This document shows, piece after piece, positions 36,892 through 46,110 of a stretch of 58,236 nucleotides of DNA (within the stretch, counting starts at the first letter, position 1; each line of letters starts with the position of its first letter). The notes beneath the pieces were generated by a model. That model ran no database searches and was not told the origin of the DNA. It saw nothing but the letters and a program-made list of their open reading frames with translations. Both the position numbers and the translations under genes were made by a program. Location of the stretch: positions 1 through 58,236 of the forward strand of contig JAJYVZ010000001.1 of the NCBI GenBank assembly GCA_021791725.1, in the 5' to 3' direction. The DNA comes from Candidatus Micrarchaeota archaeon. GTDB lineage: Archaea; Micrarchaeota; Micrarchaeia; Micrarchaeales; CABMGC01.

Positions 36892-38631
36892 CTAGCTCTG
36901 CTTTGAAATCGCGTTCTTCTTCACAGCTATCCTTATCTCGGAGTCAAGCCTGCCCAGTGTCTTGTCGCTCATGTTCAGGTATCTCATGTGCTCTATTACC
37001 GTTGGGTGCACTTTCTTTGCCGCAATGGCCATCTGCTGAACTAACTTCCTGTAATCAGGATGGCCCTGCTGGGACGATCTCAGCTCGCACAGGTGATAGA
37101 GCTGCCTCGCGTTCAGCCTGTAGTACCAGCTGATGTCGAAGCCGAACGTGACCGCGTACTGCGCCTGGTGCGGCAAGATGGAATGCAGTTTTTGATAAAG
37201 CGACTTTACGTCTGACATCTTCTGCCTGTAATCGTCTTCTATCCCTATCTCCCCGAATGCCGGTCTCGTCTCGTAGCCGTGGACTATGCTGAAGTTCTGG
37301 CGTTCCTGCGTGCCTATCCTGTGCCTCTGTATGTCCCTGTATATTCCTATCCTGCCGTTAAGGTCGAATAGGTATTCAACATTCTCAAATGCCCTGCCCG
37401 GCTTATGCCTCCTATTCGCCCGCGGCCCCACATATGCGGCAATAAGTCCCTTCCTGCCGGCTTCGCCCATACTCTTCGCCCTTTCCATTGCCTCTTTCAT
37501 GCCAAGGCCGTCGGAGAATGTGTAGAGTATCGGACCGGATATCGCTATCTGCGCCTTATGGTCCGCATTGTCCGAGCCTTCTCCGGTATAGTCGACAAGC
37601 GCGACGCTGTCTGTGACGGGCTTTGGATCGACTTTCAGCGCATTGACAAAAGAACCAGCATTCTCCCTTCTCTCCTTCATGAAATTCTGCATGGCTAATC
37701 CGTGTTCCTCGTCAACCCTCTTGAGTAGAGAGGGCGCAATATTCCTCATCTCAGAGAGTATCCTCTTCCCAAGCGTCCTTGCCTCGCCCAGCCCTGAGGA
37801 CATGAGCTTATGGACGAGATTCTCGTATGACCTTGCATCCATGCTCACCCCGACATGTGTAAGCGTAGACATCGGAAGGTAGTCCCTCAGGAAGTCAAGC
37901 GCATTTGCCCTTATGGCGTTCTCATACGCCTTCCTCAGATCTTCCTCTGTGGCGCCATAGGCTTCAAAATCACCATTCCTCATCTCTGTTATCTTCTTTG
38001 AGCTCTCCCCGAACCTGAAGCTGATGCCGTTTATCGGGTTCGTATTCCTTATGTAGCCTATCATCCTATCCATGTTGGCAGAGTACGAGCTAAACAGCCC
38101 GTGCATAAGATCCAGATAATCCCCCGAATATCTCGAATCCATTATGTCAGGATCTTTGTAGAACATGTATTCTCCGTTTGGGAGCTTCTTGTCGAATGGG
38201 ACATACCTGGTCGATTTCTCTATGTAAGAGCCAAGCCTGCAGTCCTCTATCTCCTTTACCGCAAGGTTGGATATGAACTCGCACGACAGCGGAAGCCCTC
38301 CTGCCATCTCCTGTATCGAGTCGTCGCCGTAATCCACAAGCCATGCGTCGAAGAATTCCCTTCCGCGATCCTTGTTCGGATAGAACTCCTTGAGGAACAG
38401 CCTTCTGCCTGTAAGGGACGTCCTGCTGTATCTCGAAAGCAGCGCGCCGACCTGTTCGTGCGTAAGGTTCTCGGATACCTTCCACGCGAAAACGTTGCTT
38501 GTGGCGTTGGTTATGTTCCTGTCAAGTATTTTTGCTTCTTCGTCATTGAAATGTTCGATTTGAATATCTTCTTTGTAGGAACTTATTGTATAATCTGCGC
38601 TCAAGGAATCAACAATCTTAGGGTTAAACAC
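36892..38631 (-). CDS. thyX: Flavin-dependent thymidylate synthase, tandem two-domain form
   Basis: SRYSR, YGDDSI, EKSTRY in the N-half; NRRH..GRAFE, RDIQRHR, ELRS...GH..YR in the C-half. Confidence 0.92.
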   Translation of the reverse strand: MFNPKIVDSLSADYTISSYKEDIQIEHFNDEEAKILDRNITNATSNVFAWKVSENLTHEQVGALLSRYSRTSLTGRRLFLKEFYPNKDRGREFFDAWLVDYGDDSIQEMAGGLPLSCEFISNLAVKEIEDCRLGSYIEKSTRYVPFDKKLPNGEYMFYKDPDIMDSRYSGDYLDLMHGLFSSYSANMDRMIGYIRNTNPINGISFRFGESSKKITEMRNGDFEAYGATEEDLRKAYENAIRANALDFLRDYLPMSTLTHVGVSMDARSYENLVHKLMSSGLGEARTLGKRILSEMRNIAPSLLKRVDEEHGLAMQNFMKERRENAGSFVNALKVDPKPVTDSVALVDYTGEGSDNADHKAQIAISGPILYTFSDGLGMKEAMERAKSMGEAGRKGLIAAYVGPRANRRHKPGRAFENVEYLFDLNGRIGIYRDIQRHRIGTQERQNFSIVHGYETRPAFGEIGIEDDYRQKMSDVKSLYQKLHSILPHQAQYAVTFGFDISWYYRLNARQLYHLCELRSSQQGHPDYRKLVQQMAIAAKKVHPTVIEHMRYLNMSDKTLGRLDSEIRIAVKKNAISKQS

Positions 38632-38656
38632 GTATTTATACGGTTCGATTTTTATT

Positions 38657-38729
38657 TAGCCCCGGTCGGATTCGAACCGGCGTGTGTGGGTCCAAAGCCC
38701 ACTATCCTTGGCCACTAGATGACGGGGCT
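38657..38729 (-). tRNA. tRNA-Gln(UUG)
   Basis: AGCCCCG/CGGGGCT acceptor, GTGGG-CTTTGGA-CCCAC anticodon arm, GGTTCGAATCC. Confidence 0.96.
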
Positions 38730-38775
38730 GACTAAGATTATCAAATGGCAGAATATGCTTATATTCGTTCGGGGT

Positions 38776-39180
38776 TCAAAGACGTTTCGTCTTTTCGTCG
38801 ATTCCCTTATGCCCATATTCTAATACTGCTTTCTTCACCGCCTTGAGGGACAGCGTAGCGCAGTGAAGCCTTGCCGCTCCCGGATCTATCCCTATTATCC
38901 CGAATAACTCTTCCTTCCCCAATCCCTCTATATCTCCAAGCGCCTTGCCCTTTATGAAATCCGTGAGAATGCTCGCGCTTCCCATGCTTATCGCGCAGCC
39001 GCTTCCCTCGAACTTGACATCCCTTACCTTGCCGTCTTCTATCTTTATGTACAGGTCTATCTCGTCGCCGCACGATGGATTGTCCTCGTGCATGGAGGCG
39101 CTTGAATCTTCCATCTTTCCCTTATTGTGCGGCTTCTCGTAGTGCCTTATGAGGTTCTCTGCATACATGTCCAATGGCAT
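38776..39180 (-). CDS. IscU/SufU-type Fe-S cluster scaffold
   Basis: HY..PHNKG, NPSCGD, GCAIS, RLHCA (three Cys intact). Confidence 0.94.
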   Translation of the reverse strand: MPLDMYAENLIRHYEKPHNKGKMEDSSASMHEDNPSCGDEIDLYIKIEDGKVRDVKFEGSGCAISMGSASILTDFIKGKALGDIEGLGKEELFGIIGIDPGAARLHCATLSLKAVKKAVLEYGHKGIDEKTKRL

Positions 39181-39184
39181 TTTG

Positions 39185-39763
39185 TCAAGCCTTGTTAGTG
39201 GCGAATCTGTCCCTTATCTTCAGCACACCCGTGACGCTTGCGTATATGCGCCAGCATGTGCCGTTTATCCTGTCCTTGAGCCTTAAGAGCGCAAGCATGG
39301 CCACCGTGCTTATTGCCATGCCCGCAATGACATCGGTCAGGTAATGCTGGCCAAGATAGATCCTTCCGAACAGCACCAGGGCAAGCCAGATTATATATAG
39401 GATTCTCAGATATTTATAGTTTTTCGTGAGAAAGGCCAGTCCTGTGAGTGTAGTCGCATGGTTGCTGGGGAAGGAGAAGCCCGCTTCGCAGCCAACATGG
39501 TTTATCCACGACAGATCGCTGACCGAGCATGGCCTGGGTTCCTGAACCAAGAGTTTCAGCAACTCTCCGATGACGACCAGAGCAACAGCAGAGACTGCAA
39601 ATAAGAAGACGTTCCTGTCCTTCTTATAATAAAGATAAATTGCAATGGCTGGAAGCACAAGATAAAAGCTCTCTGCAAGATATGCCATCACCGTATTGAG
39701 CTGCGGGCTTGCCAGGTATCCGACAAGCCTGAATGCCTCTGCGTTAAGGGCGCTGAGATACAT
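39185..39763 (-). CDS. PAP2 family membrane phosphatase
   Basis: K......RP, SFPSNH, RIYLGQHY..DV. Confidence 0.93.
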   Translation of the reverse strand: MYLSALNAEAFRLVGYLASPQLNTVMAYLAESFYLVLPAIAIYLYYKKDRNVFLFAVSAVALVVIGELLKLLVQEPRPCSVSDLSWINHVGCEAGFSFPSNHATTLTGLAFLTKNYKYLRILYIIWLALVLFGRIYLGQHYLTDVIAGMAISTVAMLALLRLKDRINGTCWRIYASVTGVLKIRDRFATNKA

Positions 39764-39808
39764 TTATCCACTCTGATATTCTTTCAGAACAGAATAAAAA
39801 CATGTGCG

Positions 39809-40609
39809 TCAGGGGAGCTGCGCGTTTTCTTGTTGTACCATGTGCTGGCCCTGTTCCATCCCTTTCGTGATTCCCAGACCCCAGCCGTACCTGTCCAGCC
39901 ATCTGCTGGCTTCCCTGTGGTTCGGCATCGCTTCTTCTACCGCCTTCCAGAACATCTTTGAATGGCCCCTGTTCTTTGTGTGCGCAAGCTCGTGCACTAT
40001 CACGCTATCGAGTACGTATGCAGGCGCGAAGAGCAGCTTGAAGTCTAGGTTTATTGAGTTTTTCGCAGAGCAGCTGCCCCACCTGCTTGACGTATCCTTC
40101 AGCGATATCCTGTCTATCCTTGAGTTGAAGTGTTTCTTGTTTATCTCGTCTATGTGCATGGCAAGGCATGGCATTATCGCTCTTGTTATTACCATGCGCG
40201 AGATGTATGTCACATGCTTTCTCTTTATCTTTTCGGGCAGTGCGGCCGGAATACTGATCTCCACCGTCTCTCCATCGAGTCTTCCCGAGGAAGACTTCCT
40301 TTCCGTTTCCTTTACAGTTATCCTGAAGATGCTGCCAAGTATTGTTACAGTTTCCCCGTCATTGAACTCAAGGGGCCTCTTCCTCCCGAAGTATGGCCCA
40401 TTCTTCTCAATCTTCTTCAATATCCTGCTCTTCAGGCTTGCGAGCCACTTCTCGCTTTCTAATTCGTTGAGATATGCCGGTATGGATATGATTATGTCGC
40501 CTTCTACGACCTTTGCGTATCCGGACCTGGAATTTGACAAGATATGCCTTATATTATACGTTATGCCGTTGACAGTTGCAACGTTTCCGCCCGGTGACCG
40601 TGTTTCCAT
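39809..40609 (-). CDS. YgjP/DUF45-like (SprT-related) metal-dependent hydrolase
   Basis: SRWGSCS, VIVHELAH, HS..FW..V...MP. Confidence 0.9.
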   Translation of the reverse strand: METRSPGGNVATVNGITYNIRHILSNSRSGYAKVVEGDIIISIPAYLNELESEKWLASLKSRILKKIEKNGPYFGRKRPLEFNDGETVTILGSIFRITVKETERKSSSGRLDGETVEISIPAALPEKIKRKHVTYISRMVITRAIMPCLAMHIDEINKKHFNSRIDRISLKDTSSRWGSCSAKNSINLDFKLLFAPAYVLDSVIVHELAHTKNRGHSKMFWKAVEEAMPNHREASRWLDRYGWGLGITKGMEQGQHMVQQENAQLP

Positions 40610-40633
40610 GATTAGTTTTTATCGCTGCAGTTT

Positions 40634-41533
40634 TTAAATATTATCCAACCGATTGAACCTAATGCAACCGGCAACGATAAAGTTGTAGCCAAATCCGCTA
40701 TCTGATAGCTTTTCGTAGTCGCCAAAAATCCCGGTGGTAGGATCTGCATAATATCGCTTGTTGGATATGTCTACCATCAGGGCCGCATGAAGATCAGTTG
40801 TTGATGGGTCTTTATCCCTAAGTATTAGGATGGTTGGTTTAAGCCCTTCGGCCATCATTAATACCGAACACACCATCGCTTGACCCTTGCACACCTCCTT
40901 GCCACTTTCAATTATCTCGTCAAGGCTTGCTATGTCATAATACGATAAAGATGGAATAGCTTCAATAGCTTCCCTATCATACTTAATCGTCATATTGACA
41001 AATAACGTGACGGCGGCAGCCCTGAGAACTTTCTCCTCGTTAATATAACCCATACGCATGCCTTTGACGCTTGCGGTTTTTCGATTGGAACGTATGAACC
41101 TTTCGAATTCCTCGCGTGCATACCTCCTATAGAAACTTTCGAATTCCTCGTGTGTTTTTACGATCCTTTCGCTGTTGAAATTCGGCACCGCGATGCTGCC
41201 ATTTTCAAACGGGATTATGCTTCCCTCTTCTATGATTTTCTCTTTACAGTATTCAATCACCGGCTCTTTACTGGATTCCTCTTGCGCTATCACGTTTAGT
41301 TGTGGAAGCGGGTGAAACTTTAAGAATCCGATGCATCTTTCAACTGTGAGGCCTGTGTAAAATCTTTTGATTGTATCCTCTTCTATGCCGGTTCTCCTTG
41401 CGACGCCCTTTATCTCATCGGCGGTCCAGCGTGCTTTGTGCTCTTTTTTTATCAACATGCCCATTGTACATCTCCCGCTTTCTCCATTATCCTGTGCCTT
41501 CCCATTCGTATAAACATGCGTTTCGGAGTTCAT
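40634..41533 (-). CDS. Transglutaminase-like (Cys-His-Asp) protein, paralog A
   Basis: VCKGQA, LHAAL, YYADPT. Confidence 0.75.
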   Translation of the reverse strand: MNSETHVYTNGKAQDNGESGRCTMGMLIKKEHKARWTADEIKGVARRTGIEEDTIKRFYTGLTVERCIGFLKFHPLPQLNVIAQEESSKEPVIEYCKEKIIEEGSIIPFENGSIAVPNFNSERIVKTHEEFESFYRRYAREEFERFIRSNRKTASVKGMRMGYINEEKVLRAAAVTLFVNMTIKYDREAIEAIPSLSYYDIASLDEIIESGKEVCKGQAMVCSVLMMAEGLKPTILILRDKDPSTTDLHAALMVDISNKRYYADPTTGIFGDYEKLSDSGFGYNFIVAGCIRFNRLDNI

Positions 41534-41708
41534 GGAATCGTCTATGATATATTGCCAGTATGCCTCTTAACTTGTAAGCTTTTTTAGGCTCCATCTAATC
41601 TATATCGCCATTTATAATTATGTGTCTTTCCGCGATTCGCCCCCCTTTTCGTCCCTGAAAAGAACCTTTTAAAGGTGGAATATCCCGTTCATGTTGTTAA
41701 ATCCTATT

Positions 41709-42719
41709 TTACGGATCCAACACCACGATTGTGACAGGTAAGTATTTTTCGGCATATGCGTTGGCCGTTGCAGAACCTCCGAATATACCCAAGCTAGGGT
41801 CGGCAATGTATATCTTCCCTCCTATTTCAACTTCCAGCCATGCATGGCCTATCCTCGTTTTCTTAGATATACCTGCGGTCATCTTTGAATTAATGCCCTC
41901 TAATTTCATGAGAGCAAATAGCACTGATGACAGGTCTTTGCAGCATCCTGTATTGTCTTCTATTATTTCGTCTATGCCGGCAATTTCATAAAAGCGAAAG
42001 TAATTTCTGGCCATGTGTATCATCTTTTCGTCTACGAACTTTGTCAGAGCTATGGCTTTGAACACGTTTTCGGCGTCTGCCACGGTCAACATTTCCTTGT
42101 ATGATCCTCTTTTGTGTCCTTGCCCATAATCGATAGCCATTTGAATGCGCATTTCCGATGTCAATAATTCATATGCGTTTTTGAATTCTTTGTGCATATC
42201 CGCGAGTTTTGGGCTGCTAAAACTTGGAAAAGCTATGCTGCCGTTGAGGCATACAAATATGTTCCCTTCCTCGATATCCCTCTTGGATGTGAGTGTTGCG
42301 TGTTGAGGAAGATATGTTTCTGCAGACGACATAATGTTGAATACTGGGAAGGGGTAGAATTCCAGAAGGATAGAGCAGTCATTTATGTTGTGATATAAGT
42401 AGAAAGAACGGATTGTTTCCTCTTTCATTCCCGTTCTCCTTGCGACGCGTTTTATATCTTCTGTGTCTGTGCAGCTCTTGCCGAACCAGTTAACTAATAC
42501 GTTGGCGTAGGGTATTATTATTTCCGCGTAGTCTTTTCTCAGACCTCTTTTGCATTTCCGTATGTCTATGTATTTCGTTTGCGTTTCTGGTTGGCACTGC
42601 GCCTGCGGATTGCCGATTCTGGAAGCCGTGCCGGTATCCCCTCTTATGCATGCCTTCCCTGCCCTCTCGAATATATTCTTTACCTGCGAGGGATTGGCCG
42701 TCTCTCCTCTGTACCACAT
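41709..42719 (-). CDS. Transglutaminase-like (Cys-His-Asp) protein, paralog B
   Basis: GCCKDLS, GHAWLEV, YIADPS. Confidence 0.82.
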   Translation of the reverse strand: MWYRGETANPSQVKNIFERAGKACIRGDTGTASRIGNPQAQCQPETQTKYIDIRKCKRGLRKDYAEIIIPYANVLVNWFGKSCTDTEDIKRVARRTGMKEETIRSFYLYHNINDCSILLEFYPFPVFNIMSSAETYLPQHATLTSKRDIEEGNIFVCLNGSIAFPSFSSPKLADMHKEFKNAYELLTSEMRIQMAIDYGQGHKRGSYKEMLTVADAENVFKAIALTKFVDEKMIHMARNYFRFYEIAGIDEIIEDNTGCCKDLSSVLFALMKLEGINSKMTAGISKKTRIGHAWLEVEIGGKIYIADPSLGIFGGSATANAYAEKYLPVTIVVLDP

Positions 42720-42833
42720 TTATTGCACCGCACAATTAGCCCATTCAACGTATTTAAGGGTTGTTGCGGGTTTCGTCTATTGGGCAGCCGATACGTCTTT
42801 TATTGTCAGCAGGCATCGCCTTTGCCTTTCTGT

Positions 42834-43748
42834 TCATCTCTCGCTCTTTGCGGCCCAGTATGCCTCATCCGAGATGGCAAGCATCCTGTCTGCCTCTCTC
42901 TCAGCATCGGCAATGTCCTTGAAATAGAATGACAGAACATAGGTCATGGAGGAATCGGCCATCTGGACGAGCTTCACCTCGGGAACGTGGCTCTCCTTTG
43001 CCTGCATGCCTGCCTTACCGTACTCTGAACCTATCTTCTTGGCTAACATGCTCTTAAACCTTGAGGACCTGACGTCGCGCCTTATGCTTATGCTCATGTT
43101 GTAATTATACAGCCCTTCCTGGTCGGGCTCCAGTTTTGTTATAATGGTGCTGTTCAGCAGTATAGTGTTTGGTATCTTTGTTATCGAACCGTGCAATACG
43201 CGTATCTGGGTGAAGACCGGGCCCACCTGCCTGACTCTGCCAAACTTAGGATTTGCCACACCCCAGACCCAGGAATCGAGGACCACCATATCTCCCGCCT
43301 TGAGATTCCTAGATGTGGTTATCAGGGCACCGGAGAGCACTATTGGGGTTATGGTCTGCAATGCAAGGCCCGCTACTACACCGCCCACTGCTCCTCCGAC
43401 CAGGAGATTCTGAATGCTGACCCCAAGAATGGAGAGTATTATGGCCATAAGTATAAGGAAAGCCAGTATCTGGAACGTAGACTTCAGGATACCTGGTTTT
43501 GGCATGCCTTTTTTGTATATGAACCTGTCGACAATGTGCGTTATCGTCCTTATAAGCACAAAGCCCACAGAGAATCCTGTCACTATTATGGCTATGTCGT
43601 AGAAATAAGCAACGTATCCGGAGAGGCCATGGAAGGCGTTTGCCTGTAGGTACTGCACAACAAGATACATCAGAAACGCAAGCACTGTTATCGATACGGC
43701 AACCTCCCATTCCTTCAATATGGCTCTTTTGGAGTTCTCGTGTGGCAT
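42834..43748 (-). CDS. Small-conductance mechanosensitive channel (MscS family)
   Basis: GGAVGGVVAGLALQ, LKAGD.V, G.V..V....T, IPN..L; start placed at ATG 43748. Confidence 0.9.
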   Translation of the reverse strand: MPHENSKRAILKEWEVAVSITVLAFLMYLVVQYLQANAFHGLSGYVAYFYDIAIIVTGFSVGFVLIRTITHIVDRFIYKKGMPKPGILKSTFQILAFLILMAIILSILGVSIQNLLVGGAVGGVVAGLALQTITPIVLSGALITTSRNLKAGDMVVLDSWVWGVANPKFGRVRQVGPVFTQIRVLHGSITKIPNTILLNSTIITKLEPDQEGLYNYNMSISIRRDVRSSRFKSMLAKKIGSEYGKAGMQAKESHVPEVKLVQMADSSMTYVLSFYFKDIADAEREADRMLAISDEAYWAAKSER

Positions 43749-43842
43749 ATAGTAAGATATCCATATAAGATTTATATATCGTGCGTCTTCTGTTGATTGA
43801 AGGCGCGTAAAGTTTGAGGTTTCGTCGAACGCTTCCAAGTGC

Positions 43843-43912
43843 TAGGATAATGGAAGAGATAGGGGGGATAGCGGGTTCTGCATGCCTGCGAAGCCCTGTC
43901 CCAGAGGCGATG
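43843..43912. repeat. 70-bp direct repeat, copy 1
   Basis: TAGGATAATGGAAGAGATAGGGGGGATAGCGGG...CCCAGAGGCGATG, identical to 45355-45424. Confidence 0.97.
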
Positions 43913-43982
43913 CGCGCTGGAGAGTACCGGCTTCCCTACTATCCGGAGTTAAGGAAATGCACAGAATTACATTATCCTTAGT

Positions 43983-44033
43983 GTGTTAGTATAGTAATAC
44001 ACAAAATATAAATATGTATTAGTGTACTAATAT
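43983..44033 (+). promoter_or_regulatory. Promoter of the AAA-ATPase gene: TATA box (44007-44014) flanked by two related 18-bp palindromes
   Basis: GTGTTAGTATAGTAATAC (43983-44000) and GTATTAGTGTACTAATAT (44016-44033). Confidence 0.6.
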
Positions 44034-44037
44034 ACAT

Positions 44038-45354
44038 ATGGAAGGACATATTATTGAAGAGATAATTGAAGAATTTGAAAAAGATCCGCTGCCCAAGTTT
44101 ATTAAAAGAGAACTGGACATACCTCTTAATTCCACCAGGGCAGTGACAATAATAGGGCTTAGACGATCCGGCAAGACTTTTTACCTATACCAGACCATTG
44201 AAAAACTGCTTAATGAAGGGATAGATAAAAGCAGGATAATTTACATAAATTTTGAGGATGAAAGGCTACTTGATTTCAAAACAGAGGATTTCACAAAAAT
44301 TATAGAGCTTTACCACAAAAGAAACCAAGACGGGAAGATAGGCTATCTCTTTTTTGACGAGATCCAGAACATCCGTGGCTGGGAAACGTTTATAAGGAGA
44401 ATTCTGGAAAAAGGGAAGTTTAGGATCTTTATTACCGGTTCCTCAGCAAAACTTCTCAGTGCGGAGATAGCCACTGGGCTCAGGGGAAGAAGTCTTTCTT
44501 TTCATCTCCTTCCTCTCTCCTTTAAGGAATTTTTAGCATTGCGAGACGGCAAACACAAAGCCCCCTTTACCGAGAAAGGCAAAGGCGCCCTGGGAAAACT
44601 GCTTGAAGAATATATGGCTTTTGGCGGATTCCCCGAAGTAGGCACATTTGAAAAAGAACTGAGGATAAGGCTTCTCAGTGACTATCTCGATATGATAATT
44701 TATAGGGATATAGTTGAAAGATATGAGGTGAAACGGTTAAATGCGCTTAAATTTCTTATAAAAACCCTTTCTGCCAATTATGCAAAGGAACTTTCATTGA
44801 GAAAATTGTATAACTTCTTTGTATCTTCTGGTAAGAGATTGGGGAAAAGCAAGCTATATGAATACTTTTCATATCTGGAAGATATTGGCTTTGTATTCCT
44901 TTTAAGAAAATTCGGATACGGAATAAGGGAGACCGAGGGAAGCATTCCCAAAGCATATATATCAGACACAGGATTTGCCGCTGTCGCGGGAGACGCGGAT
45001 AGGTCAAGACTGCTTGAGAACATAGTAGCACAAGAACTGTTAAGGAAAAGATATTACTGGAATCCACTGGAAGAAATTTTTTATTGGAAAGATATTAATG
45101 GGTGGGAAGTCGATTTTGTAGTAAAAGAAAAAAGGGACGTAAAGCAAATAATACAAGTGGTATATGCTGTTAGCGACCCGAATACAATGGAAAGAGAAAC
45201 CAGGTCTTTGGTAAAGGCTAGCAAAGAACTTAAGTGTAGCAATGCGCTAGTAATCACTTTTGATTATGAAGGAAGAAAAAATAAGGACGATCTTGATATC
45301 GCTTTTGTTCCGTTATGGAAATGGCTATTAGAATCACATGAAACTTCCCATTGA
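44038..45354 (+). CDS. COG1373-type AAA+ ATPase with DUF4143 / nuclease-like C-terminus
   Basis: GLRRSGKT, YINFEDER, FFDEIQN, ITGSS, GGFPE, K.Y..D.G, LLEN.V, EVDFV, IQV. Confidence 0.93.
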   Translation: MEGHIIEEIIEEFEKDPLPKFIKRELDIPLNSTRAVTIIGLRRSGKTFYLYQTIEKLLNEGIDKSRIIYINFEDERLLDFKTEDFTKIIELYHKRNQDGKIGYLFFDEIQNIRGWETFIRRILEKGKFRIFITGSSAKLLSAEIATGLRGRSLSFHLLPLSFKEFLALRDGKHKAPFTEKGKGALGKLLEEYMAFGGFPEVGTFEKELRIRLLSDYLDMIIYRDIVERYEVKRLNALKFLIKTLSANYAKELSLRKLYNFFVSSGKRLGKSKLYEYFSYLEDIGFVFLLRKFGYGIRETEGSIPKAYISDTGFAAVAGDADRSRLLENIVAQELLRKRYYWNPLEEIFYWKDINGWEVDFVVKEKRDVKQIIQVVYAVSDPNTMERETRSLVKASKELKCSNALVITFDYEGRKNKDDLDIAFVPLWKWLLESHETSH

Positions 45355-45424
45355 TAGGATAATGGAAGAGATAGGGGGGATAGCGGGTTCTGCATGCCTG
45401 CGAAGCCCTGTCCCAGAGGCGATG
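45355..45424. repeat. 70-bp direct repeat, copy 2
   Basis: Identical to 43843-43912; begins on the base after the ATPase stop codon. Confidence 0.97.
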
Positions 45425-45594
45425 AGGGAGAGTATCAGATTTTGAATAAGAAACTTACGGCCGCATGTACCAACAGGCCATTGGCTTATGCGCGGCACCT
45501 GTTGAGGTTCAGCCGTTGCCGCATATGCTTTGGGCACAGCTCCCACCCGGCCAGACGGCAATGTTCCTGCGGTCCGGATGCAACTCCGGCCTGC

Positions 45595-45969
45595 CTATCT
45601 GAGCCTGCCCTTTCTTGTCAGCGTGAAGACTTTGACGTTCTTCTCCCTTAGCCTTTTCCTGAGCCCTGTGTCATTGGTGCATACGCCCATGCCCCTTCTC
45701 TGTGCATTCCTCAGCATCCACGAATCTGCGCTGCCAAGCCTATCGCTCCCGCTTCCTCTTATTATCATGCCATCATGGCCTGATATGTCTGACAGCGCAG
45801 TCCTGGCATATTTTGCGTACTTTCCAGTGCCGTTGCCTATTCCGGCCAGCTCCCGTATGACGCATTCGGGGATCATCGGCGCCATGCCCTCGGATCGCAC
45901 TATGCCGAAGATGTTTATGTGGTTTGAGAATCCGAAGATTATCGAGCTTGTGTCTATTACGATATCCAT
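45595..45969 (-). CDS. PIN-domain protein (Fcf1/Utp24-like)
   Basis: IVIDTS, P.CVI.EL, AD, VCTND..LRKRL. Confidence 0.85.
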   Translation of the reverse strand: MDIVIDTSSIIFGFSNHINIFGIVRSEGMAPMIPECVIRELAGIGNGTGKYAKYARTALSDISGHDGMIIRGSGSDRLGSADSWMLRNAQRRGMGVCTNDTGLRKRLREKNVKVFTLTRKGRLR

Positions 45970-46110
45970 TATGACCTTTCTTTTACCTAAAGAAAGAGAA
46001 TTTATAAATAAATATTTAAATCTTTTTATATAAAATAGTTCAGTCCGTAATGAGAGTTAGTATTATCTCCTTGCTTCAAATTCTAACATTGCAGTCTTAA
46101 CGGTGTATGC

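Noticed and set aside
43843..43980. Repeat region as RNase P RNA, 5S rRNA, SRP RNA or cobalamin riboswitch (minus strand has AGGGAAGCCGGT and GCAGAACCCGCTAT)
   Set aside because: Only short motif resemblances; too short for RNase P and lacks the bulged-U P4; no CCGAAC 5S loop, SRP helix-8 motif or B12 box
43978..44005. dif/Xer site (11-6-11 palindrome)
   Set aside because: The inner arm ends read TTA-spacer-TAA, the reverse of the dif pattern (TAA-spacer-TTA); better explained as a promoter operator
43843..45424. CRISPR array or composite transposon
   Set aside because: Only two 70-bp copies 1.5 kb apart; no spacers, cas genes or transposase
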